Positions 7,449 to 15,374 of a DNA stretch of 15,863 bases are shown in pieces. The position numbers were made by a program, and so were the translations under genes. How positions within the stretch are numbered: position 1 is the first letter of the stretch; each line of letters begins with the position of its first letter. Origin of the DNA: Sandaracinaceae bacterium (GTDB lineage: Bacteria > Myxococcota_A > Polyangia > Polyangiales > Sandaracinaceae); assembly GCA_044220955.1 (NCBI GenBank), contig JBGAQA010000131.1, forward strand, positions 1 to 15,863, read 5' to 3'. The notes under the pieces are model-generated. The model saw nothing but the letters and a program-made list of their open reading frames with translations, searched no databases and had not been told where the DNA came from.

Positions 7449-8066
7449 ATGACGTCTCCTCCGCGCGACATCGAGCTCTTCTTCGACATCGGGTCGTCGT
7501 ACTCGTACCTCGCGTTCACGCAGATCGAGGCGATCGAGAGGCGCACCGGCTGGACCGTTCGCGCTCGCCCGTTCCTGCTCGGCGGCGTGTTCAAGTCCAC
7601 GGGGAACGAGATGCCGGCGCGCGTGGCGGCCAAGGCTCGCTACATGATCGTCGACATGCAGCGCTGGGCGAGCGAGTACGGCGTCGGGTTCGAGCTGCCG
7701 GCGGCGTTTCCCGTCGTCACGATCTCCACCCAGCGCGCGCTCGTCACGACGGACCGGCTCTTCGGTCAGGCGGCGCTCCGCACGCTGGCTCGCGCGCTCT
7801 TCGACGCGTACTGGGTGCAGGGCCGTGATCCCTCCGACAGGGCGGTGATCACCGACGTCGCGGCGAAGGCGGGGCTCGATGCCGCGGCCATCGTGGCTGG
7901 AATCGACGCGCAGGAGACCAAGGATCGGCTGCGCGCCGACACCGAAGAGGCCGTGGCGCGTGGTGCGTTCGGAGCGCCGACCTTCTTCGTCGGAGACGAG
8001 ATGTTCTTCGGCAACGACCGCATCGCGCACCTCGAGCGGCACGTGTCTCACGTCGGGGCTCGCTGA
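7449..8066 (+). CDS. 2-hydroxychromene-2-carboxylate isomerase / GST-kappa (DsbA-fold) family protein
   Basis: IELFFDIGSSYSYLA, RPFLLGGVFK, AKARYMIVDMQRWA, RGAFGAPTFFVGDEMFFGNDRI. Confidence 0.9.
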   Translation: MTSPPRDIELFFDIGSSYSYLAFTQIEAIERRTGWTVRARPFLLGGVFKSTGNEMPARVAAKARYMIVDMQRWASEYGVGFELPAAFPVVTISTQRALVTTDRLFGQAALRTLARALFDAYWVQGRDPSDRAVITDVAAKAGLDAAAIVAGIDAQETKDRLRADTEEAVARGAFGAPTFFVGDEMFFGNDRIAHLERHVSHVGAR

Positions 8067-8072
8067 ACCACC

Positions 8073-9833
8073 ATGCGTTATCTCTGTCTCAACTGTGAAG
8101 AGCGCTTCGAGCACGATCCCGAGAGCAAGGGCAAGCTCCGCTGTCCCAAGTGCCTCCGCGTCACCGGCCTCGAGAAGGTCGGCGACCCCAAGAAGGTCGC
8201 GCCGCCGCAGAGCCCGTGGCTCGTCCCGGGGATCGTGGCCGGGATCCTCGCGGCGCTGATCGCGGGCTGGGCCGTGTGGCGCTCGAACGGGCCGGTCACG
8301 GTCGGCGACGAGGTCCCGGAGGGTCCGCTCGATCAGGAGGTGCTCGAGGCTCACCTGCACCGCGAGCACGTGGACGCGCGCCCGCTCACTCGATTCCTCG
8401 TGGCCGACGAAGGGATCGACGCGCTCGGGGAGTCGGCGCACGGGAGCGGCGCGCAGGCCCTGGCCCAAGGGGTGTTCGAGGCGATCCGCGCGCGCGTCGA
8501 GGCCGGCGCCATGACGAGCTGGTCGATGGGCGTGCCGCGCGAGACGCCGATCGAGAACGCGTCGGCGGCGTGGGCCTGGCTCGACGAGGATGGGGCGCAC
8601 CGGCGCCTCTATCCGCTCGAGGTCGCCGCCATCATGGCGTCGGCGCTCCGGACGCGGGGCGTGAACGCGATGATCGCCGAAGCGTTCGCGTTCCCCGGCG
8701 ATCACGCGCCCCCGGACCCCTCCGGGCACTTCGGCTACTTCGTCGTCGCGGTCTACGACGGCGAGGTGGGTGAGGGCGACCCTCGCTACTACGATCCCTA
8801 CGGCGGCCACGACGAGCCGCCCGAGGCCCGCGACGTGCGCGAGCTGAACGACCTGCAGGTCATGGGCGCCGCGCTGAGCCTGCGCGCGATCCACATGCTC
8901 GTCCGCGAGAGCGACGCCGAGCGCGCGCTGAGCGTGTCCGAGGACGCGATCGGCCTCTACCCTCGCTCACCGACGGTCCGCTCGGTGCGCGGGGCCATCC
9001 TGCTCGCAGCGGGCAACGCGCCCGAGGCGCTGCAGGAGTTCCGCGCCGCGGCGGACATCCGCGAGGACGCGCCGCGTCGCAACCTGCTCGCGAGCATGTA
9101 CCTGGCGCAGGGCGAGACCGACGACGCCAACCGGGAGGTGTCCGCCGCGCTCGAGGAGTCGCCGGACTACGCCGCGGCCCACGGGACGCTCGCGGCCATC
9201 CACATGGCGAGCGCCGAGCCCGACGAGGCGCTGCACGAGCTGCAGACGGCCGAGCGGCTCGACCCGGATCTGCACCTCTTGCCCGCGCTCTGGGCCAACT
9301 ACTACGCGAGCAGCGGCGAGCTCGACCGGGCCGTCGAGTACGCGCGGCGCGCGGTCGACGCCAGCGCGGGCGATCCGCAGACGCGCCTGATGGCGGCGCG
9401 CATCTACCGCATGGCGAGCCGCTTCGACGACATGCGCCGCGAGGCGCGCGCGGTGCTGGACGCGACGCCGAGCGGTCGCCGCGACCAGATGACCCAGCTG
9501 ATCCGCCAGCTGCTCGGGCCGACCGCGCTCGACACGCCCACCGACGAGGAAGAGCTCGACGACGAGGAGCTTCTCGACGAGGAGGACGGCGAGGGAGGCG
9601 ACCTCACCCTCGACGGCACGGGCTTCCAGCTCGGCGCCCCGACGCTCGGAGGCAGCGGCGCGCCCGACCTCACGCTGCACGACGGGGAGGGCGACGCCGA
9701 GGGCGAGGCGGACGAAGGCGAGGACGAGGGCGACGGCCCGGCGCTCATGCTCGGCGACCGCAGCCACTTCCACCTCGGTGGCGGCGGGACGACGGGCGGC
9801 GGCGACTCGCTCCACCTCGATCTGCAGCACTGA
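8073..9833 (+). CDS. Membrane-anchored TPR protein with N-terminal Zn-ribbon, transglutaminase-like middle domain and acidic tail
   Basis: CLNC...CPKC, one hydrophobic helix (WLVPGIVAGILAALIAGWAVW), AAIMASALRTRGV...YYDPYGG, TPR-like helices (PDYAAAHGTLAAIHMASAEPDEALHELQTAERLDP), D/E/G-rich C-terminus. Confidence 0.8.
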   Translation: MRYLCLNCEERFEHDPESKGKLRCPKCLRVTGLEKVGDPKKVAPPQSPWLVPGIVAGILAALIAGWAVWRSNGPVTVGDEVPEGPLDQEVLEAHLHREHVDARPLTRFLVADEGIDALGESAHGSGAQALAQGVFEAIRARVEAGAMTSWSMGVPRETPIENASAAWAWLDEDGAHRRLYPLEVAAIMASALRTRGVNAMIAEAFAFPGDHAPPDPSGHFGYFVVAVYDGEVGEGDPRYYDPYGGHDEPPEARDVRELNDLQVMGAALSLRAIHMLVRESDAERALSVSEDAIGLYPRSPTVRSVRGAILLAAGNAPEALQEFRAAADIREDAPRRNLLASMYLAQGETDDANREVSAALEESPDYAAAHGTLAAIHMASAEPDEALHELQTAERLDPDLHLLPALWANYYASSGELDRAVEYARRAVDASAGDPQTRLMAARIYRMASRFDDMRREARAVLDATPSGRRDQMTQLIRQLLGPTALDTPTDEEELDDEELLDEEDGEGGDLTLDGTGFQLGAPTLGGSGAPDLTLHDGEGDAEGEADEGEDEGDGPALMLGDRSHFHLGGGGTTGGGDSLHLDLQH

Positions 9834-9865
9834 CGGGGCTGCGGCACCGAGGCTGCGGCAGCCGA

Positions 9866-11822
9866 TCAGCAGTCGTCCAGGGAGCAGCCGGCCGTGCCGA
9901 AGTCCTCCGTCGCGTAGCCTGCCACGCGGTAGGAGCCGTCGCGCGCATCGCACGCGTACCCGCGCAGCTCGCGCCCGGGCGCCAAGCTCTCGCTCGCGTC
10001 TCGGCTGCACGTTCCGTCCGCCCGGCGGATGCGGATCCACGCGCTGACCGCGAAGTCACAGTCGTTCCGGACGAAGACCTCGAGGCTACCCGGCGTCCCG
10101 CAGGCCGCGCCGCTCACGGCACGCACGACCGTCAAGCATGCGTCGTGGCTCGTGCAGCCACCCGGCGTGCCGCCGCCGTCGCAGAGGCCGTCGACGCAGG
10201 CGGCGCCACCCGAGCAATTGCCGCACGAGCCGTCGCCGCAGCTGTTCGGCCCGCATTCGAGGCCGCGGCACGAGCAGCCGGGCGGCGTCCACGGCACGCA
10301 CTCGGAGCCGAGCCAGGCCCACGCGTCGCAGCCGGCGCCGTCGCGGGGGCCGTCGTAGTCGCCGCCGGCGCAGCGCCCGTCGGTCCAGCAGAAGCCGCAG
10401 CCGTCCCCGGCGACGCACGCGTCGCAGGACGTGCGCGCGGAGCAGGGGACGCCGACGCTGGGGTTCGGGTAGCACTGTCCGGTGGCGCGGTTGCAGAGGT
10501 GGTTCACCGGGCAGAGGCCGCAGTCGCCGACGTCGCAGCTCGATCCGTCCGGGCGGCGCAGTGGCCCGCAGCCGACGTTCTCGCACCCGCACGAGCGGTC
10601 GCAGGTGACCGCCGTTCCGTCGCTGCAGCCGTCCCAGCCCCGGGTGTAGACGTCCCGGCACGTACCGGTCTGCCAGCACCAGCCACACCACTGGTGCGAG
10701 AGGCACTCGTCGCACGTGGTCGCGCTCGCGCAGGCGTCCGGAATCACGCACCAGCCGTGCTCGTCGCAGGTGGCCGTCGGGGCGCTGCAGGCGCCGCATG
10801 CGCCCGCAGCGCCGCAGGAATTGGGCCCACAGTCTCTGCTCGTCGCAGCGGGTGTGCTGGCGGCTGATCTCGGCGTAGTCCTGCCAGCATCCGTCGTCCC
10901 ACACGGCGCCGCTCGGGAACGCCGGCTCTGGCGCCACGCAGATGCCACCGCAGCCGTCGGGGCCGCACTGCCGGCCTTCGCAGTTGGGTGTGCAGCGCTG
11001 GCACGACCACCCCGACGAGGGACAGGAAGCCCACCGACCGTCGGGGCGCCAGCCACACCCTGCGCCGCTGCAGTCGGTGGGGACGAAGCCGTCGTCGCAG
11101 ACGCACCCCGCGTCCGACGTGCACGTGCTGTGGGCCGGGCACGCGCCGCCGCCCGGGCAGAACACCGTCGGATCGGAGCCGCAGGAGGGTGGCCCGCAGG
11201 CACCGTCGAGACAGGACGAGCCGGCCGCGCATGCGCCGCAGCTGCCGCCGCAGCCGTCGTCACCGCACTCTCGACCGCCGCACGACGGCGTGCAGACGCA
11301 CTCACCCGAGGCGCCGCAGCGCGCGCGCGCCCCGTGCGCTTCGCGACAGGCAGGGTCGCCCGTGCAAGTGCAGCGGCCGGTCGCCGTGTCGCAGAGGAGT
11401 CCCGTCACGCCACACGATGCGTCGTCCGTGCAGCGCGCCGCGCACGCACCGCGCGACGGGTCGGTCGCGAGCGGCGCGCAGATCGACCCGGCTTGGCAGG
11501 TCGCGGCGCCGTCCGGGTCGCACGCGCGACGGCACGCGACGGGCCAGAGCCCGGCGGCCTCGGCGAGCTCGGACTCGGGTCCTGAGCGGCTGGGCTGCGC
11601 CGGGTGGGGGACGGGCACGCACTCGTACCCGGGCGCACAGGTGCCGGGCGTACAGTGGCTGTCGCAACGCCGGAAGCCGGGCTGCCCGACACAGGCGCCC
11701 GGCGGCGCCGCGGCGTCGATGCCGCCGTCGTGGCCGCCGCCCGGATCGATCGTGTCCACGCACGCGGCCAGGGCGAGCACGAGGAGCGGGGCGGCTCGCC
11801 GCCCGGGGGTACGACTGCGCAT
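9866..11822 (-). pseudogene. Cys-rich repeat lipoprotein (about 651 aa if repaired), frameshifted near 10841
   Basis: The 5' half (signal peptide/lipobox LVLALAAC, CGxDGCGGxC repeats) is in the 10086..11840 ORF frame and the 3' half (SRDCGPNSCG, PSI-like repeats) is in the 9866..11305 ORF frame. Removing one base near 10841 joins them. This could be a real lesion or a sequencing error. Confidence 0.8.
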
Positions 11823-11979
11823 GGCGTGGTGGTGCCACACGCGACGTCGCCCTCCGTGTCGGCGATCAACCGCACGCGCGCCCGCGGCGCGGCGGCGGCG
11901 AGCACGCGTCGGCGGCCACGGTGTGCCGAGCGCGCCGTGCGCGGCGCCGAGGCTCGTGGTCCACGCGCGACCGCCGCGG

Positions 11980-13302
11980 TCAGCCGATCCCGAGCTTCTT
12001 GAGGCGATCGATCATCGTGGGCCGCGAGAGGCCGAGCTGGCGCGCGGCCTCGCTCTGGTTGCCGCCGCTCGCCTCGAGGGCCTCGAGCAGCAGCGCCTTC
12101 TCGAAGCTCGCGACCTTCTCGCGGAAGGTGCCGCCACACCCGCGCGCGTCGCTCCGCGGCTCCGGCTCCAGGTCCCGCGCGGAGAGGACGCCGTCCTCGC
12201 TCGTCGCGACCAGGCGCGCGATCGTCCCCTCGAGCTCGCGTACGTTGCCCGGCCAGGCGCGCGCCGCGAGCGCGTCGAGCAGCGCCGGCTCGAGCCGGAC
12301 GCGCTCGATCGCGAAGCGCTCGGCGAAGCGGGCGGCGAAGAAGCGCGCGAGCGGGGCCACGTCCTCGCGTCGCTCGCGCAGGGGCGGCACGCGTACCTCG
12401 ACCACCGCCAGCCGGTAGTAGAGATCTTCGCGGAACCGGCCGGCGCTCACCTCGGCGCGCAGATCCCGGTTCGTGCAGGCGACGATGCGGACGTCGACCT
12501 TCTCCACGCTGCCTTTGCCCACGGGCTGGATCTCCCCCGACTGCACGGCCCGCAGCATCTTCGCTTGCAGCCCGAGGGGGAGCTCGCCGACCTCGTCGAG
12601 CACGAGCGTCCCGCCGTCGGCCTGGGCGAAGAAGCCACGGCGCGCCGCGGCGGCGCCGGTGTACGCGCCCTTGGTGTGCCCGAAGAGCTCGGCCTCGGCG
12701 AGCTCGGCCGGGATGGCCGCGCAGTTGAAGCGCACGAGCGGCCCGGCGGCGCGCGAGCTCGCGGCGTGGAGCAGGCTCGCGACGAGCTCCTTGCCCGACC
12801 CCGTCTCGCCGGCGACGAGCACGGGCACCTCACGCCTGGCGAGGCGCTCGACCGTGGCCCAGAGCCGCTCCATCGCCGCCGAGCGGCCCACGACCTGCTC
12901 GCCGAGGAGGCGCTCGGCGGCGCTGCGACGATCTCGCGCGCGGAGCGCCGCCACCTCCGCGGCGCGGTCGATCACGCTGGCGAGCTCGTCGACGTCGAAG
13001 GGCTTCGTCAGGTAGTCGAACGCGCCGCCCTTGAGCGCGGCGACGGCGGTGCGCTCGGTCCCGCGCGCGGTCAGGAGCACCACGGGCAGCTGCGGTGAGC
13101 GCGCGCGGATCGCGGCGAGGAGCGCTAGACCGTCCATCCCGGGCATCACGAGGTCCGTGATCACGACGTCGGCGTCGTCGAGCCGCTCCAGCGCGGCGGC
13201 TCCGCTCTCGGCCTCGACCGTCTCGTGGCCTCGCTCCGAGAGGAGCTCGCCGACCGCGAAGCGGATCGCGGCCTCGTCATCGACGATCAGGACGTTCGCC
13301 AT
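11980..13302 (-). CDS. Sigma54-dependent response regulator (NtrC/AtoC family: REC, AAA+, Fis HTH)
   Basis: VLIVDDE, DLVMPGMDG, GETGSGKE, ELFGHTKGAYTGA, LDEVGE, FREDLYYRL, WPGNVREL, GGNQSEAARQLGLSRPT. Confidence 0.96.
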   Translation of the reverse strand: MANVLIVDDEAAIRFAVGELLSERGHETVEAESGAAALERLDDADVVITDLVMPGMDGLALLAAIRARSPQLPVVLLTARGTERTAVAALKGGAFDYLTKPFDVDELASVIDRAAEVAALRARDRRSAAERLLGEQVVGRSAAMERLWATVERLARREVPVLVAGETGSGKELVASLLHAASSRAAGPLVRFNCAAIPAELAEAELFGHTKGAYTGAAAARRGFFAQADGGTLVLDEVGELPLGLQAKMLRAVQSGEIQPVGKGSVEKVDVRIVACTNRDLRAEVSAGRFREDLYYRLAVVEVRVPPLRERREDVAPLARFFAARFAERFAIERVRLEPALLDALAARAWPGNVRELEGTIARLVATSEDGVLSARDLEPEPRSDARGCGGTFREKVASFEKALLLEALEASGGNQSEAARQLGLSRPTMIDRLKKLGIG

Positions 13303-14608
13303 CGCGCGGCTCCTCGGGCTCGGGCACGGCCTCGTCGGGCGGGGCCCGGGGCAGATCCAGCACGGCGCACGTCCCGCGGCCAGGCGCGCTCTCGAACGTC
13401 AACGATCCGCCGTGCTGTGCAGCCACGCCCCGCGCGAGCAGGACGCCGAGGCCGACGCCGCCCGCGCGGCCGCTCGCCAGCGGCTGGCCGAGCTTCGCGA
13501 GCGCGTCGGGCTCGAGGCCGGGGCCCGTGTCCGTGACGGTGATGCGTGCTCCGCTGCCCCGCGGGGTTGCGTGCAGCACGAGCTCGCGCCGCGCCGCGGC
13601 GCGCATCGCCTGGATCGCGTTCGAGCCGAGGTTCAAGAGCGCCTCGCGCAGTCGCCGGGGGTCGGCGACGATGGGCGCCGCCTCGCCCTCGACGCGCAGC
13701 GTGACCTCCGCGTCGCGCGCCGTTCCTTCGAGCACCGCCGCCACGCCCTGGGCGACCGCGAGCGCGTCGCAGGATCTTGGCGCCAGCGCCTCGAGGGGGC
13801 GGGCGAGCGAGAGGTAGTCGGACACGAGCGCCTCGATCCGACCGATCTCCCCGAGCGCGACCTCGAGGCGCTTCGCGCTGCGCGGCTCGACCTCCGCGCG
13901 CGCCACCAGCGCCACCAGGGCCTTGATCGAGGTGAGCGGGTTCCGGATCTCGTGGGCGATGCGCAGCCCCGTCGTCTCGGCGAGGCGCGCCCGCTCGAGC
14001 GCGTCGTCGAGCAACCCCGCCCGCGTCCGCTCGAGGGCGAGGCCGGCGCGACGATGGGCGTCCGCGAGCCGGGAGACGCCGAGGGTCACGAGGGTGATCG
14101 AGACGATGGCTCCGACGAGCGTCATTCGCTCGGCCGCCGGTGCCGGGAGCGGCGCGAACGGCAGCGGGATCACCCCGGCGGCGGCCGCGACCAGCGTGCC
14201 GAGGACCAGCACGGCGACCGCCAGCACGACGCGCGCGCCCCCGTCGGCACCGAACGCGGCGAGCGCGATGGCGACGGGCGCGAAGAAGATCGGCAGGAGC
14301 GGGCTCGTCGCCCCCCCGGACGCGGCACATGCGAGCCCGAGCACGAGCGTGGTGAGGGCGAGCGACGTCGTGAGCCAGCGCGCGTCGGGGTCGCGACGGC
14401 GGAGCGCCAGCGCCTCGAGGCCGAACGCCACGATCAGGCCAGCGGTCGCGAGGCCGAGCGTCGCGCGCTGCGCGAGCGGCGCGCCCGACGACGCGAGGAT
14501 CACCACGTTCGTGGCGGCGCCCAGCCCGGTGACGAGCGGGCGAGCCCGCAGGAAGCTCCCGCCCACCGCCGAGATCTGCGCCCGCCGGATCGCATCGTAG
14601 CCCGCCAC
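13277..14608 (-). CDS. Membrane sensor histidine kinase
   Basis: Several N-terminal TM helices; H-box IAHEIRNPLTSIK, N-box NLGSNAIQAM, G boxes DTGPGL and GVGLG. Overlaps the regulator start by 26 nt. Start placed at GTG 14608 (uncertain). Confidence 0.9.
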   Translation of the reverse strand: MAGYDAIRRAQISAVGGSFLRARPLVTGLGAATNVVILASSGAPLAQRATLGLATAGLIVAFGLEALALRRRDPDARWLTTSLALTTLVLGLACAASGGATSPLLPIFFAPVAIALAAFGADGGARVVLAVAVLVLGTLVAAAAGVIPLPFAPLPAPAAERMTLVGAIVSITLVTLGVSRLADAHRRAGLALERTRAGLLDDALERARLAETTGLRIAHEIRNPLTSIKALVALVARAEVEPRSAKRLEVALGEIGRIEALVSDYLSLARPLEALAPRSCDALAVAQGVAAVLEGTARDAEVTLRVEGEAAPIVADPRRLREALLNLGSNAIQAMRAAARRELVLHATPRGSGARITVTDTGPGLEPDALAKLGQPLASGRAGGVGLGVLLARGVAAQHGGSLTFESAPGRGTCAVLDLPRAPPDEAVPEPEEPRDGERPDRR

Positions 14609-14620
14609 GCGCGCCGCATC

Positions 14621-14636
14621 AGCAACGCGCGGGCCA
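14621..14636 (-). promoter_or_regulatory. Candidate sigma54 -24/-12 promoter for the kinase-regulator operon
   Basis: Minus strand reads TGGCCC-GCGCG-TTGCT, against the consensus TGGCAC-N5-TTGCW, with correct GG-N10-GC spacing. Confidence 0.6.
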
Positions 14637-14645
14637 GCGGGGAAA

Positions 14646-14682
14646 CGTCGCGCCGCCGACGAGGATCGTCGGGATTCCGACG
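14646..14682. promoter_or_regulatory. Tandem palindromes CGTCG-N6-CGACG x2; candidate enhancer-binding-protein sites
   Basis: CGTCG-CGCCGC-CGACG (14646-14661) and CGTCG-GGATTC-CGACG (14667-14682), offset by 21 bp. Confidence 0.6.
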
Positions 14683-14712
14683 CCGCCGCCCTGCCGCGCG
14701 GGCGAACCCGCA

Positions 14713-14728
14713 CGGCATGGGACGCGCA
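14713..14728 (+). promoter_or_regulatory. Candidate sigma54 -24/-12 promoter for the membrane-protein gene
   Basis: CGGCAT-GGGAC-GCGCA with GG-N10-GC spacing but a degenerate -12 (no TT). Followed by SD AAAGGAGG at 14749-14756. Confidence 0.45.
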
Positions 14729-14762
14729 ACGCCGCACGCGACCTCACGAAAGGAGGCCTCCC

Positions 14763-15374
14763 ATGGATCGCTCGCTCGCCGCCTCGCTCCTCGCCGTGCC
14801 CGCCCGCCCGGCGCTCTACGCCATCGCCGCCTGGCTCGCGCTCGCCCTCGTCGTCGCGCTCTCGGAGGCGATCACGATGGAGCGTCGCTTCGCCGTGCCC
14901 ATCGTGCTCGCCTCGCTGGTGGCGCTGCTGGTCGCGCTCTACCGCCGCGGCGGCGCGCTGCGTGCGCTCGCCGACGGGCTCGACGCGCGGACGCTCGTGC
15001 TGTTCCACGTCGTCCGCGCGCCGATCGGCGTCGCGTTCCTCGTGCTGATGGGCCAGGGGCTCGACGGCACGTTCGCGCGGATCGCCGGCGTCGGCGACCT
15101 GATCAGCGGCGGGCTCGCGCTCGCGGTGGGGCTCTTCGCGGTGCGCTCGCGCGGCCTCGTCCTCGCGTGGAACGCGATCGGGCTCGCGGACATCCTGCTC
15201 GTGGTCTTCACGGCGCAGCGCATCCTGATCTTCTCGGATCACCCGGGGACGATGGCGATCCTCGTGCACTTCCCCGGGATGCTGCTCCCGACGTTCCTCG
15301 TGCCGCTCGTCATCGCGACTCACGTCCTCCTCTTCGCTCGACTGCGGACTGCCGCTCCAGCAGGAAGCGCGTGA
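14763..15374 (+). CDS. Hypothetical integral membrane protein (about 6 TM helices)
   Basis: Strong SD (AAAGGAGG); hydrophobic helices with embedded polar motifs FHVVR, FARIAGVGD, WNAIGLAD, FPGMLLPTFLVP..H. Confidence 0.85.
   Translation: MDRSLAASLLAVPARPALYAIAAWLALALVVALSEAITMERRFAVPIVLASLVALLVALYRRGGALRALADGLDARTLVLFHVVRAPIGVAFLVLMGQGLDGTFARIAGVGDLISGGLALAVGLFAVRSRGLVLAWNAIGLADILLVVFTAQRILIFSDHPGTMAILVHFPGMLLPTFLVPLVIATHVLLFARLRTAAPAGSA

Noticed and set aside
9834..9865. GGCTGCGGCA direct repeat and short GGCTGC/GCAGCC hairpin between convergent genes as a terminator
   Set aside because: Short stem, minimal loop and no U-tract on either strand; not distinguishable from GC-rich background.
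12655..12672. GAYTGA instead of GAFTGA in the response regulator
   Set aside because: F-to-Y is a known natural variant in functional enhancer-binding proteins, so it is not evidence of inactivity.
15310..15374. 65-nt convergent overlap between the membrane-protein and hydrolase genes
   Set aside because: Tail-to-tail overlaps are common in GC-rich genomes where stop codons are scarce; no sign of functional significance.
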